From Dehalococcoidia bacterium (GTDB lineage Bacteria; Chloroflexota; Dehalococcoidia; GIF9; AB-539-J10), in the NCBI GenBank assembly GCA_030602785.1, contig JAUVZB010000002.1, positions 47,550-111,549 on the forward strand: a stretch of 64,000 bases of DNA, in the 5' to 3' direction. Each line of letters opens with the position of its first letter. Position 1 is the first letter of the stretch. This document shows positions 1 through 10,379 of this stretch, piece after piece. A program made the position numbers and the translations under genes. Under the pieces are notes generated by a model. The model had not been told where the DNA came from, did no database searches, and saw only the letters and a list, made by a program, of their open reading frames with translations.

Positions 1-651
<651 letters not shown>

Positions 652-1131
652 TCACTCCTTTTCATCCGCGAGACTCAAGGCCAGATTCACGGCCTCCTCG
701 GCAGTGGGCACTTCAGCCACCGGATTGGGGCCGGTGCCACCCTGCGCAAGACTCCACGAGCCGATGCCGACAACCGGGATGTCAGAGTTGAGGGCAAAGG
801 CCATCTCGGCCAGCGTGCCGTACGCCCCTCCAATGGCAATCACAGCCTGAGAAGAACGCACAACTGCCATGTTCCGGGCCTGGCCGACCCCGGTCGCTAT
901 GGGCAGCGACACCCATTCGTTGGCAGACCGTCTGTCATTTCCCGGCAGTATACCTACCGTGAACCCTTCACGGGAACGCGCCCCGCGACACACGGCTTCC
1001 ATCACTCCACCAAGACCTCCGCACACCACTATTGCTCCACGCCCGGCGAGTAGAGAGCCCACTTCCTCCGCGAGCGCCTCTTCCCGGGGAGAACAGACAG
1101 ACCTCCCTATCACGGCGATGACGGGCGGCAT
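652..1131 (-). CDS. TIGR00725 family (LOG/Rossmann-like nucleotide-binding) protein
   Basis: Motifs CGGLGGVMEAVCRGA, GILPG, ARN, IGGAYGTLAE. Confidence 0.85.
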   Translation of the reverse strand: MPPVIAVIGRSVCSPREEALAEEVGSLLAGRGAIVVCGGLGGVMEAVCRGARSREGFTVGILPGNDRRSANEWVSLPIATGVGQARNMAVVRSSQAVIAIGGAYGTLAEMAFALNSDIPVVGIGSWSLAQGGTGPNPVAEVPTAEEAVNLALSLADEKE

Positions 1132-1510
1132 GGCGCCTATACTACACTACTCATAGATTCTCTCACACACTCCTTCCGAAGCCCGGCCTGCGACAATTCC
1201 CGCTGCCAGAGGAGGACGCGTGTGGTCTGATGCAGCGGCGCTTCAAGAACCGCCCGTTTTCAAGGTAGTGTTCCACGGAACGTTGCGGCAGTCCGGTTGC
1301 GTGGGCCAGTCGCCCATGTCATCGCGGCGGGCGCGGCCGGTCATCGCCTGAACGCACTCTCTCACGCCCGGTCCACTTATGTTCCTTTCGGCAACGTCTT
1401 TTCTAACGCAATTCGCCAATGGCGCGCCCCATCCAAACCACAACGAAGGGAGAGGACGTTTCCGCCGGACAACAACAGCCACAACGGCCCGCAGCTTCGA
1501 CTCAACGTGT

Positions 1511-3004
1511 CTATTCAACGCCCGCGTGTTCCGCAACCATCTGGTAGTGGTAGCCCTGCACCGCGAAGCTGATGAACAGTGGGAAGCACCGTGGCTTGTG
1601 ACGCACAGTCCAGGCAAACCCCTTCCAGAAATCGGATCTGCCTCTCTGCTTCACACCGACCGTCCACATGCATCTGAACAGCGCGCGGATGTAGCGTGGG
1701 CTATAGTTGCCTCGGCGAATACCGCTCGGCCGATACTCCATCAGGAAAGTGCGCACGCGCTCGTAGTAGTAGCGCGGTGAATAGATTGTGCTGACCACCT
1801 GCTTGTAGCCGGCAGTCAGCTTCTCCAGTCCCATCTTCGGGACGATGTTTGTGGAACCATCAGTGTTGTTGCCGCTGCCACCAGGATGAAGTCGGCCCTC
1901 TGCCTCCAATCGTTTGTACAGAGGGGTGCCGGGCGGCGCCATAAGCACACCAACCATGGCAGTTACGATGCCGCTCTTCTGTATGAAGTCTATCTGACTA
2001 CGGAAGATGGACAGCGGGTCACCATCAAACCCAACGATGAAGCCACCCTGGACCTGCATGCCGTGCCGCTGGATAGTCTTCACGGACTCTATCAGGTCGC
2101 GTCCCGTATTCGTCATCTTGTTGCATTCAACAAGGCTCTCTTCGTTGGGACTCTCGATGCCAACAAAGACCATATCGAAACCCGCATCCACCATGAGCTG
2201 CATCAAGTCTTCGTCATCGGCCAGGTTGACGGATGCCTCCGTGAAGAAGGAGAAGGGGTACTTCCGCTCCCTGTTCCACTCGATAATTGCCGGCAGTATC
2301 TCCGCCTTCAGCTTCTTCTTGTTGCCGATGAAGTTGTCATCCGTGAAGAAGACATTCCCGCGCCAGCCATGGTCGTACAGCACGCTCAGTTCGGCGGCAA
2401 TCTGCTCGCGGCTCTTCGTTCGCGGCACATGCCCGTTCATGATGACGATGTCGCAAAATTCACAGTTGTAGGGACAACCACGGGAGTACTGCAGACTCAT
2501 CATCTGGTAGTTCCCTGTATCGACCAGTGACCACAAAGGAACAGGGCTCACTGCAATGTCCGGTCGCTCGTCGGACGAATAGATATGGGCGGCACACCCG
2601 TTCTCAAGATCCTGAAGGAACTGCGGTAGTATGTTCTCCGCCTCGCCCATGATGATGTGGTCCACGTCATCGAAGCCAACGTCCTCATACCCGGTCCGGT
2701 ACATCGGGCCGCCGGCAACCACCTTCGTGCTGAACGCCCTGCACCTGCTGACGACCTCCTGCGCGGAGTCCTGTTGCACAACCATGGCACTGATGAAGAC
2801 GTAGTCGGCCCATTGCAGGTCTCTGTCACGCAACTTCGCTGCGTTCATGTCCACCAGCTTCTTCTCCCATTCGGAGGGAAGCATGGCAGCAACGGTGAGC
2901 AAGCCGAGAGGAGGAAACGCTGTCTTCCGCGAGGTGAACTTCAATGCGTGTTTGAAGCTCCAGAACGTCTCTGGTATCCGCGGATATACGAGAAGGACTT
3001 TCAC
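1511..3004 (-). CDS. B12-binding domain radical SAM protein (DUF4070-type C-terminus)
   Basis: PPLGLLTVAAML, GGP, SRGCPYNCEFC (CxxxCxxC), FTDDNF, GIES. GGAGGT RBS favours the GTG at 3004 over the ORF-track start at 3022. Confidence 0.9.
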   Translation of the reverse strand: MKVLLVYPRIPETFWSFKHALKFTSRKTAFPPLGLLTVAAMLPSEWEKKLVDMNAAKLRDRDLQWADYVFISAMVVQQDSAQEVVSRCRAFSTKVVAGGPMYRTGYEDVGFDDVDHIIMGEAENILPQFLQDLENGCAAHIYSSDERPDIAVSPVPLWSLVDTGNYQMMSLQYSRGCPYNCEFCDIVIMNGHVPRTKSREQIAAELSVLYDHGWRGNVFFTDDNFIGNKKKLKAEILPAIIEWNRERKYPFSFFTEASVNLADDEDLMQLMVDAGFDMVFVGIESPNEESLVECNKMTNTGRDLIESVKTIQRHGMQVQGGFIVGFDGDPLSIFRSQIDFIQKSGIVTAMVGVLMAPPGTPLYKRLEAEGRLHPGGSGNNTDGSTNIVPKMGLEKLTAGYKQVVSTIYSPRYYYERVRTFLMEYRPSGIRRGNYSPRYIRALFRCMWTVGVKQRGRSDFWKGFAWTVRHKPRCFPLFISFAVQGYHYQMVAEHAGVE

Positions 3005-3118
3005 GAGAGCACCTCCCTTCACTGCAACCCAACTCGACTACAAGACGCCGCAGGAACGCGGCGGAGGGGAATGCAACAGGAGAGCAAGGCATTCCATGGC
3101 AGGAATCCTACCACGATG

Positions 3119-3156
3119 TTGAATTCCGGGGACACCATTGAATTCCGGGGACACCA
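3119..3156. repeat. 19-bp tandem direct repeat TTGAATTCCGGGGACACCA x2
   Basis: Identical copies at 3119-3137 and 3138-3156, followed by TACTTATCTC. Confidence 0.9.
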
Positions 3157-3194
3157 TACTTATCTCTCGACACGGCGCGAGGCGCCATGTCAAT

Positions 3195-3250
3195 ATCCCG
3201 TAGATGGCAGGGATTGTTGCGCCGCATTTCCCGCATCTATTGCCCGCGGC
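3195..3250 (+). pseudogene. Possible decayed 5' end of a REP-associated tyrosine transposase (RAYT/Y1)
   Basis: Reads I-P-*-M-A-G-I-V-A-P-H-F-P-H, then IARG after a frameshift. This resembles RAYT N-termini of the MPRxARIVAPxxPHHxxQRGN type. Confidence 0.45.
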
Positions 3251-3327
3251 GCCCCCTCCCACACCGCAATTCACCTCTCAGAACACCCCACCGACCCTAC
3301 CTGCAGATACGCCGAGTACCAGCAAAA

Positions 3328-3912
3328 CTAGTTGTAGCGGTTCATTGCAGTATCGAGGCCTTCCAGGATGATGCATTCCAGCACATCACCGACCAGCGCG
3401 ATTGACTCCTGAATAGCGGTCTCTTCTCCCGCAGTGAATCGGCCCAACACATAGCGGATGAGCGCCTCCTCCGACCACGGGAAGTTGGCATCCCTGTCCG
3501 GCCGCCCGATGCCGACGCGGACACGGGGAAAGCTCTCGGTGTTCAAGGAAGCAACGATAGACTTCATGCCTTTGTGCCCCCCCGGTCCTCCGGAGGACCG
3601 CACGCGGACTTTCCCGAGCGGCAGGTCCACGTCATCATAGACCAGTATCAGCTTTTCGGCGGGAATCCGGTGCGCCCGGACGAAACAGGCTGCGGCCTCG
3701 CCGCTGAGATTCATGTAGGTCCGCGGTTTTGCGAGCACGACCTGTCTGCAACGAAGCGTCACGTCGGCGAGCTTCGAGCGGCAGCCGGTGCGCGAGAAGC
3801 GCGCCGAGTGCTTCTTCGCGAAGTAGTCGACACAGCGGAATCCTACGTTATGTCTCGTGGACGCATACTCCTTCCCCGGATTCCCCAGGCCGATGACAAC
3901 CGTCGCTCCCAT
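3328..3912 (-). CDS. pth: Peptidyl-tRNA hydrolase
   Basis: GLGNPGKEYASTRHNVGF, KPRTYMNLSG, GGHKG, RVRVGIGRP. Start taken as ATG at 3912. Confidence 0.96.
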   Translation of the reverse strand: MGATVVIGLGNPGKEYASTRHNVGFRCVDYFAKKHSARFSRTGCRSKLADVTLRCRQVVLAKPRTYMNLSGEAAACFVRAHRIPAEKLILVYDDVDLPLGKVRVRSSGGPGGHKGMKSIVASLNTESFPRVRVGIGRPDRDANFPWSEEALIRYVLGRFTAGEETAIQESIALVGDVLECIILEGLDTAMNRYN

Positions 3913-3988
3913 AGCTATCGCTGCATTATAGTCGAGCACCAGCACAGAACCAACCTCCAGACACCACGAACCCCCTTGCCAATCCGCC

Positions 3989-4017
3989 TTGACACTCTTC
4001 GGGGGCCACGCTACCAT
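3989..4017 (+). promoter_or_regulatory. Sigma70-type promoter of paralog 1
   Basis: TTGACA-17 bp-TACCAT, conserved exactly 1380 bp downstream. Confidence 0.75.
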
Positions 4018-4126
4018 AGCCGCACTGCCAATGGGCCACGTGCAGATTCGACCAACCCCGGTTTCCGGTCAGACCATACACTGCCAGCCATACACGCAGT
4101 CTATTCACGTACAGGGAGGTTTCTGA

Positions 4127-4999
4127 ATGTTCTACAAAGTAAGTGTTCCTGATGCCGGAAAAGACAAGGTCGCCGCACTCGTCACGCTGAACCCTGCCGA
4201 GTCGAGACGTCTCATCGCGAAGGCAGTAGTTCAACTGCCCGAGGTCAAAGCTGCCCTCAAGAAAGGCATGATTATCCTCGGCCGCGGCGTGACAAACGCC
4301 TACGTCAGCGAGGAGCTGTTCAACATCACGGTTGAGCCCAAGGCACAGCAGACAGTGGGCATGGTTGTCAACGGCGCCACCAATGCCAACACCTCACCAC
4401 CTCCTTGCACAATGCACGTGGTGCGAGATGGCAAGCCCGTTGAGAACGCGGACTCAAACGTAGAGATACTCGCTTTCGGGCCTGAAGATGTCTTCATCAA
4501 GGGCGCCAACGCCATCGACCCGCAGGGCAACGCCGGCATCATGGCTTCGTCGCTCAAGGGGGGCACCTGGGGGATGTTCACCCCCATCATAACCGGCAGG
4601 AACTCCCATCTGATAGTCGCAGCCGGCCTCGAGAAGATGGTGCCGTCAGTCATGGAGGCCTGCGAACATAGCGGGGTCTACTACTACAAGTACAGCCATG
4701 GACTCCCCGCCAAGCTGTCTCCGACAGTTACCGGCAAGGTTGTGACGGAGATTGAGGCACTGGCGGTTCTTGCAGGAGTCAGTGCTTTCCACATCTGCTC
4801 CGGCGGCGTCGGCGGCTCGGAGGGCGCGGTCGTGCTGTCCGTTGAGGGAGACCAGGCACACGTGAAGAAGGCATTCGACCTGGTGAACACCATCAAGGGC
4901 GAACCCCCGGTGACCGTGCCGGACACATACCGCGTGAGTTCTCCCGCCGATTTCGGCTACGATGCGCTGGCGCAACTCGCGACTCTACAGGGCATGTAG
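4127..4999 (+). CDS. Conserved hypothetical protein, paralog 1 (possible NagB/RpiA/CoA-transferase/LUD-like fold)
   Basis: 290 aa, GGAGGT RBS. DVFIKGANAID..G and IVAAGLEKMVP resemble LUD/CoA-transferase-like motifs. Confidence 0.85.
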   Translation: MFYKVSVPDAGKDKVAALVTLNPAESRRLIAKAVVQLPEVKAALKKGMIILGRGVTNAYVSEELFNITVEPKAQQTVGMVVNGATNANTSPPPCTMHVVRDGKPVENADSNVEILAFGPEDVFIKGANAIDPQGNAGIMASSLKGGTWGMFTPIITGRNSHLIVAAGLEKMVPSVMEACEHSGVYYYKYSHGLPAKLSPTVTGKVVTEIEALAVLAGVSAFHICSGGVGGSEGAVVLSVEGDQAHVKKAFDLVNTIKGEPPVTVPDTYRVSSPADFGYDALAQLATLQGM

Positions 5000-5023
5000 C
5001 CATCAGGATTGCATCTCTAACCC

Positions 5024-5051
5024 GGAAGGCCCGGGAGTTCCCGGGCCTTCC
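5024..5051 (+). terminator. GC-rich hairpin after paralog 1
   Basis: GGAAGGCCCGGG-AGTT-CCCGGGCCTTCC, 12-bp stem, weak U-tract. Confidence 0.65.
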
Positions 5052-5368
5052 TCGTACGTGAGTCACACCGGTCGTGCCACCATCGGCAGGGCAGGTCCCA
5101 GAACAGGCTTCCTGACAGCAAGACAAGACATGGCTGCCTGCAGCACCCACTCCACTTCTCGCTCCACTCCATGGCTGCAACCGCGTGCTGACACAACCGC
5201 CGGGAGCCTCCCGAAGAGCCCCTGCAGCGGACCACACATCCCTGATCCAGAACGTGCGGCGAATGCGTCGCGCCCACAACGACACCATCACCTGCATACG
5301 GGCATCTTCGCTGAACAGCTAAGGGCGGACAGCATCGCAGAACGTCAACACTCCCGTGCCGGCCCGAA

Positions 5369-5397
5369 TTGACGCTGCTCGGGGACCACGCTACCAT
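5369..5397 (+). promoter_or_regulatory. Sigma70-type promoter of paralog 2
   Basis: TTGACG-17 bp-TACCAT. Confidence 0.7.
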
Positions 5398-5506
5398 AAC
5401 CGGACTGCCTATGAGCCGGAGTCAGGTTCATTCATTCCAGGATTGCAGACGCGATCTGTACTACCAGCTACACTTGCAGTCTATTCACACACAGGGAGGT
5501 TTCTGA

Positions 5507-6379
5507 ATGTTCTACAAAGTCAGTGTTCCTGATGCCGGAAAGGACAAGGTCGCCGCACTTGTCACGCTGAACCCCGCCGAGTCGAGACGCCTCATCGCGA
5601 AGGCAGTAGTTCAACTGCCCGAGGTCAAGGCTGCCCTCAAGAAAGGCATGATCATCATCGGCCGTGGCGTGACGAACGCCTACGTCAGCGAGGAGATGTT
5701 CAACATCACGGTTGAGCCCAAGGCGCAGCAGACAGCCGGCATGGTCGTCCGTGGCGCTACGAACGCCAACTATGCACCTCCTCCTTGCTCCATGCACGTG
5801 GTCCGTGACGGCAAGGTCGTTGAGAACGCCGACTCCAACGTAGAGATTCTCGACTTCGGGCCTGATGATGTCTTCATCAAGGGCGCAAATGCCATCGACG
5901 CCCAGGGCAACGCCGGGATCATGGCTTCGTCGCTCAAGGGTGGTACCTGGGGGATGTTCACCCCCATCATAACGGGCAGGAACTCCCCTCTGATAATCGC
6001 AGCCGGTCTCGAAAAGATGGTGCCGTCAGTCATGGAGGCCTGCGACCATAGCGGTGTTTACTTCTACAAGTACAGCCAGGGCCTCCCGGCCAAGCTGTCC
6101 TTCGCCGTTACCGGCAAGGTCGTCACCGAGATAGAGGCACTGGCAGTCCTCGCCGGTGTTCAGGCTTTCCATGTCTGCTCCGGCGGCGTTGGCGGCTCGG
6201 AGGGCGCGGTGGTGCTATCCGTCGAGGGAGATGACGCGCGCGTGAAGAAGGCGTTCGACCTCGTGAACTCCATCAAGGGCGAGCCTCCGGTGACCGTGCC
6301 GGACACCATGTTCGTGAGTTCTCCGGCCGACTACAAATACGATGCCCTGGCGCAACTAGCAACGCTCGGGGGCAAGTAG
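5507..6379 (+). CDS. Conserved hypothetical protein, paralog 2
   Basis: 290 aa, collinear with 4127..4999 and identical to it over most of its length, same RBS context. Confidence 0.85.
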   Translation: MFYKVSVPDAGKDKVAALVTLNPAESRRLIAKAVVQLPEVKAALKKGMIIIGRGVTNAYVSEEMFNITVEPKAQQTAGMVVRGATNANYAPPPCSMHVVRDGKVVENADSNVEILDFGPDDVFIKGANAIDAQGNAGIMASSLKGGTWGMFTPIITGRNSPLIIAAGLEKMVPSVMEACDHSGVYFYKYSQGLPAKLSFAVTGKVVTEIEALAVLAGVQAFHVCSGGVGGSEGAVVLSVEGDDARVKKAFDLVNSIKGEPPVTVPDTMFVSSPADYKYDALAQLATLGGK

Positions 6380-6405
6380 CCAGCAGATACTGTGCCGCAA
6401 GACCG

Positions 6406-6434
6406 GGAAGGCCCGGGGTTTCCCCGGGCCTTCC
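6406..6434 (+). terminator. GC-rich hairpin after paralog 2
   Basis: GGAAGGCCCGGGG-TTT-CCCCGGGCCTTCC, 13-bp stem, variant of the hairpin at 5024. Confidence 0.65.
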
Positions 6435-6517
6435 TCGTACACAGCACAGCTCGGCCGGGCACATCAGTGAGCTGGCTTCCGAACAGCAGAGACGAGGCGC
6501 GCCACCCACACCAGCCC

Positions 6518-6546
6518 TTGACGGCCCGCGGGCCATGTTCTACAGT
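6518..6546 (+). promoter_or_regulatory. Putative promoter of the FAH-family gene
   Basis: TTGACG-17 bp-TACAGT. Confidence 0.5.
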
Positions 6547-6614
6547 GACTCGATTGCAACACGTGGCAGCATCCGCATACGTTGCGTTCTTGCCATAGCA
6601 TAGAAGGAGGAACC

Positions 6615-7382
6615 ATGAAACTGGCACGCATCCAATATCAGGGCACCCCGAAGTGGGGTATCATCGAAGGCGACGACATCTACGCTCTCGAGGGCGACCT
6701 CTACGGTGATTTCAGCAAGGGCGCCAAGCTCTGTGCACTGGCTGAGGCAAAGCTGCTCGCCCCCGCAGAGCCGACCATCATCGTGGCCTGCGGACTCAAC
6801 TACATGGGCGAGATCAAGCACCTCGGCGCGCCCATCCCCCCGGAGCCTTCACTTTTCTTCAAGCCGGCCACCACAGTCCTCGACCCCGGTGTGACAATCC
6901 CATATCCCGCTCTGACGGAGAAGCTTTCGCACGAAGCCGAGTTGTGCTGCGTGATGAAGCGGACTGCACGCAACGTGCCCGAGGACAAGGCACTCGACTA
7001 CGTGCTCGGCTACACCTGCGGCAATGACATCGGGATGATGGACATCCTGAAGAAAGACAACAGCCTCATCACGAGGGCGAAGGGTTTTGACATGTCGTCG
7101 GCACTCGGTCCATGTCTGGAGACCGACCTCGACTCGACGAACCTTGCCATCAAGGGCATGATCAACGGCGAGGTCATTCAGGACTCCAACACGGGAGAGA
7201 TGCTGTTCAGTGTGGCACACATCGTCAGCTATATCTCCGAATTCATGACTCTTCGGCCCGGCGACGTGGTCTTCACCGGCACGCCCGCGGGCGGCCACTA
7301 TGTGGTCAAGGTGGGCGACGTCATGGAAGTGGAGATCGAGAACATCGGCAAGCTCACGACCCCGGTCGGACCAAAGGCATAG
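6615..7382 (+). CDS. Fumarylacetoacetate hydrolase family protein
   Basis: CGLNY, PSLFFKP, HEAEL, GYTCGND, RAKGFD, TLRPGDVVFTGTP. AAGGAGG RBS before ATG 6615. Confidence 0.93.
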   Translation: MKLARIQYQGTPKWGIIEGDDIYALEGDLYGDFSKGAKLCALAEAKLLAPAEPTIIVACGLNYMGEIKHLGAPIPPEPSLFFKPATTVLDPGVTIPYPALTEKLSHEAELCCVMKRTARNVPEDKALDYVLGYTCGNDIGMMDILKKDNSLITRAKGFDMSSALGPCLETDLDSTNLAIKGMINGEVIQDSNTGEMLFSVAHIVSYISEFMTLRPGDVVFTGTPAGGHYVVKVGDVMEVEIENIGKLTTPVGPKA

Positions 7383-7434
7383 AACGCCCCCGGAACGCCC
7401 GAGGCGAAGTCTGAGCCCGCCCGGGGCAACTGCG

Positions 7435-8868
7435 CTACTCCTGGGGCTGTCCGCCCGTCACCTCCCGGTGACCGGTGGGCAGCCTCACTGTGAATACTGC
7501 TCCCTTCTCAGGACCGTTCCCAGCCCGGATGCTGCCCCCGTGCGCGTGCACAATCACTCTTGCTATCGCCAGCCCCAACCCTGCACCCGTCCGCACACCT
7601 GCGCCCTGGTAGAAACGGTCGAACACGTGATCGAGGTTGTCGGGCGGAATCCCCGGGCCCTCGTCGACGACAGAGATCTCAACCCGGTCCATGCCTGCAG
7701 CACACGCCGTCACGCGTATCGTGCCGCCCTGCGGGCTGTGCTTGAGCGCGTTGTCGAGCAGGTTGCCAATGACCTGTTCCAGACGGTCGCTATCACCGAT
7801 GACACGCAGACCCTCCGGGACATCGGTCTCGATAGTCACCTCCCTGTCACTCGCACGTCTCGACAGCAGCTCCGAGCAGAGTCCGACCAGCTCGGACACC
7901 GGGAGCACCTCGCGCAACATCGCTACTTGTCCGGACTGCACACGCGACAGGTCCAGCAGCTCGTCCACCTGCGCCGCAACTCTCCTCGATTCGTCCGCGA
8001 TTATCTGCGCTGCTCGTCGCCGTGTTGACTCGTCCTCGGCGGTTCCGTCAAGAAGCGCCTGAGCGAAACCGCCGATAGAGGTAAGAGGGCTTCTCAGCTC
8101 ATGGGACACATCTGCCACGAAGTCCCGGAGGCGCTGTTGCGATAGCTTCACCCTGACCGCCATGTCATTGAACGCCGCAGCGAGCCGCTGGAGCTCGGGA
8201 GGACCCGACACGGGCACGTTCTGGTCATAGTTGCCTTCGGCAATTGCCGCGACGGCCAACGTCATTCTCTGCACCGGGCGGTACAGAGACCGCGCCACCA
8301 GCGCGGCGACGACAATCGAGAACACCAACGCAACGAGTCCGGCCCACGCCATCGGGCGGAGTATCAAGCCCCATGTCGCAAGCAACCCTCTTCGAGGGAC
8401 CGCCAGCACCAGCGTGGATGGCTGCATTTCCGCATCCGCTGTCAGCGACAGGCTCGCCAGCGAATAGCTGACGTAGACAAAAGACTGCCCGCCGGGAGCC
8501 TTCCACGTGCCGGTGAGCGTACCAGCAGCCGACAGGACCTCCGGCGGCACCTCCAGTCCATCGATTCCGAGAGCCCGCCATGGCGACGCCGCCTTGATGA
8601 CCTCTCCCCCATCATCCAGCATCAGGATGGCCACGCTGGATTCCTCCGCCTGGTCCTCCAAGTTCGCCCACACCTCTCGCAACGTCGCCCGACCGCTTGC
8701 AAGCGATCTGGCCTGGACGTAGATAGGCACGCTCATATCCTGCAGGCGGTCTGTCGTCACTCTATCGCTGTAGCCACGCAGAATCACGGTGAATACGACA
8801 GCAACGATTCCGAGACAGACGACTATCACGAGAGCGTAGGAGAGAATCAGTCGACCACGCAAGCTCAC
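7435..8868 (-). CDS. Two-component sensor histidine kinase (2 TM, HAMP, HisKA, HATPase)
   Basis: H-box DVSHELRSPLTSI, N-box NLLDNALKH, DEGPGI, GAGLGLAI. Confidence 0.95.
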   Translation of the reverse strand: MSLRGRLILSYALVIVVCLGIVAVVFTVILRGYSDRVTTDRLQDMSVPIYVQARSLASGRATLREVWANLEDQAEESSVAILMLDDGGEVIKAASPWRALGIDGLEVPPEVLSAAGTLTGTWKAPGGQSFVYVSYSLASLSLTADAEMQPSTLVLAVPRRGLLATWGLILRPMAWAGLVALVFSIVVAALVARSLYRPVQRMTLAVAAIAEGNYDQNVPVSGPPELQRLAAAFNDMAVRVKLSQQRLRDFVADVSHELRSPLTSIGGFAQALLDGTAEDESTRRRAAQIIADESRRVAAQVDELLDLSRVQSGQVAMLREVLPVSELVGLCSELLSRRASDREVTIETDVPEGLRVIGDSDRLEQVIGNLLDNALKHSPQGGTIRVTACAAGMDRVEISVVDEGPGIPPDNLDHVFDRFYQGAGVRTGAGLGLAIARVIVHAHGGSIRAGNGPEKGAVFTVRLPTGHREVTGGQPQE

Positions 8869-8871
8869 GAT

Positions 8872-9615
8872 TCAGATTCCTGACTGCGGCGCCGTGTCGG
8901 GTGCAGCAGTCTCCTCCTGCAGTGCGTCCCGGAGCACGAGCTTGTACCCCGTACCGCGAATCGTCTCGATGGCAACAGATGAACCTGCCAGCTTTTCCCG
9001 CACGTGATTGACATGCACATCGACAGTGCGGGTCTCGCCAGCGTAGTCGTAGCCCCAGACCTTGTCCAGCAACCGCTCTCTCGTGAGTACGATTCCCGGG
9101 GCCCGGGCGAAAGCCGCAAGGAGCGCGAACTCTTTCGACCTGAGTTGCAGCAATCGCTCCTGGAGCCTGGCCTCGTGCCTGGACAGGTCCACTGTCAGGG
9201 GGCCGACACGCACCTCTGAAGAGTCAGCCTCCCCGGTGGAGCGCCTCCGCAGAATCGCCTTGACGCGAGCGACAAGCTCGCGTGGATTGAACGGCTTGGT
9301 CATATAGTCGTCGGCGCCAAGCTCGAGGCCGACAATCTTGTCGACATCATCGGCACGGGCAGTCAACACCAGTATCGGGACGTCGCTGTGCGCGCGCACC
9401 TGTCGGCAGATCTCAAATCCATCGCCATCCGGCAACATGAGGTCGAGAATGACCAGGTCCGGGCTGGAGGCGTTGATGCGGGACAGCCCGCCGGCCGCAG
9501 TGCCGAATCCCTCCACTCGATAGCCCTCTCGCTCAAGGTAGAGGCGGGCCAGTTCGATTATCGGTGGCTCGTCATCGATTATGAATACCCTTGCCTGCGT
9601 GGCCTGTTCTCTCAT
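8872..9615 (-). CDS. OmpR/PhoB-family response regulator
   Basis: IIDDE, LDLMLP, GADDYMTKPF, winged-helix RTVDVHV...TIRGTGYKL. Confidence 0.95.
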   Translation of the reverse strand: MREQATQARVFIIDDEPPIIELARLYLEREGYRVEGFGTAAGGLSRINASSPDLVILDLMLPDGDGFEICRQVRAHSDVPILVLTARADDVDKIVGLELGADDYMTKPFNPRELVARVKAILRRRSTGEADSSEVRVGPLTVDLSRHEARLQERLLQLRSKEFALLAAFARAPGIVLTRERLLDKVWGYDYAGETRTVDVHVNHVREKLAGSSVAIETIRGTGYKLVLRDALQEETAAPDTAPQSGI

Positions 9616-9668
9616 GACATCCTCTGGCTGTGATTATACCCGACGCACGGGCGCCTCTACATCGCAGA

Positions 9669-9697
9669 GGGAGGTGTCGCCAGAGGCGACACCTCCC
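9669..9697 (-). terminator. Hairpin downstream of the secreted-protein gene
   Basis: GGGAGGTGTCGCC-AGA-GGCGACACCTCCC, 13-bp perfect stem. Confidence 0.6.
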
Positions 9698-9720
9698 CGC
9701 CTTCGCCTCATGCAATGCGC

Positions 9721-10260
9721 CTACGGAGCAGGAGACACTTCCGTCCGGGCTGAACCAAACCGACTCCATTGGCCGCGACCTGCACTCCAGTCGAAGGTCT
9801 CATCGCCATCCACACCGCTCACGACGCACGTGCCATGGCCCCACAGCATGACTCGCCCGATGCCGCCGGCATGCAGATCGATGTCCACTCCTGAAACACA
9901 GACAACAATCCGACTGCCCGACACACGTGCGTGTCCGCGAAAGCCCGAGTACTGTATCCAGCCGTCCTCGAACTCCTCCTTCTCACCGTAGCCGGAGACG
10001 TCAATCCGGGCGTCGCCCCTCAGGTCCCTTATCCAGAGGATTCCGCTGCCCTTCACGTCCACGACTCCTCTGCCACCGATAAGGGCTATTCCGTCGCCCT
10101 CGGCATGCAGTCGGCCGCCGCCGGCTGCCGCGGCTGCCTCATCCACTTCAGCGAGGGACCCGGTGTCGTCCGCGCTTACTGCGACAGCTCCAACAGTGAG
10201 CGCCCCCAGAACGGTCACCAGCGAGAGCAGTGCCAGTACGATACTCCGTCTCTTCTTCAT
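9721..10260 (-). CDS. Secreted Gly-rich, beta-rich hypothetical protein
   Basis: MKKRRSIVLALLSLVTVLGALTVGAVAVSA signal peptide. AGGAGG RBS before ATG 10260. Confidence 0.75.
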   Translation of the reverse strand: MKKRRSIVLALLSLVTVLGALTVGAVAVSADDTGSLAEVDEAAAAAGGGRLHAEGDGIALIGGRGVVDVKGSGILWIRDLRGDARIDVSGYGEKEEFEDGWIQYSGFRGHARVSGSRIVVCVSGVDIDLHAGGIGRVMLWGHGTCVVSGVDGDETFDWSAGRGQWSRFGSARTEVSPAP

Positions 10261-10379
10261 TTCGATATACCTCCTCTGTCTGCTTGTTGCCGTGTACCTG
10301 AAAGGGAGCTTCATTCCGGGCCCGTCGACTCAGCTCCTCTGCCAGTTGTTCGGCATAGAAGAGAGTCTAGGCGGCGGGA

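Noticed and set aside
3119-3156. CRISPR array
   Set aside because: There are two directly abutting 19-bp copies, no spacers and no cas genes in the window.
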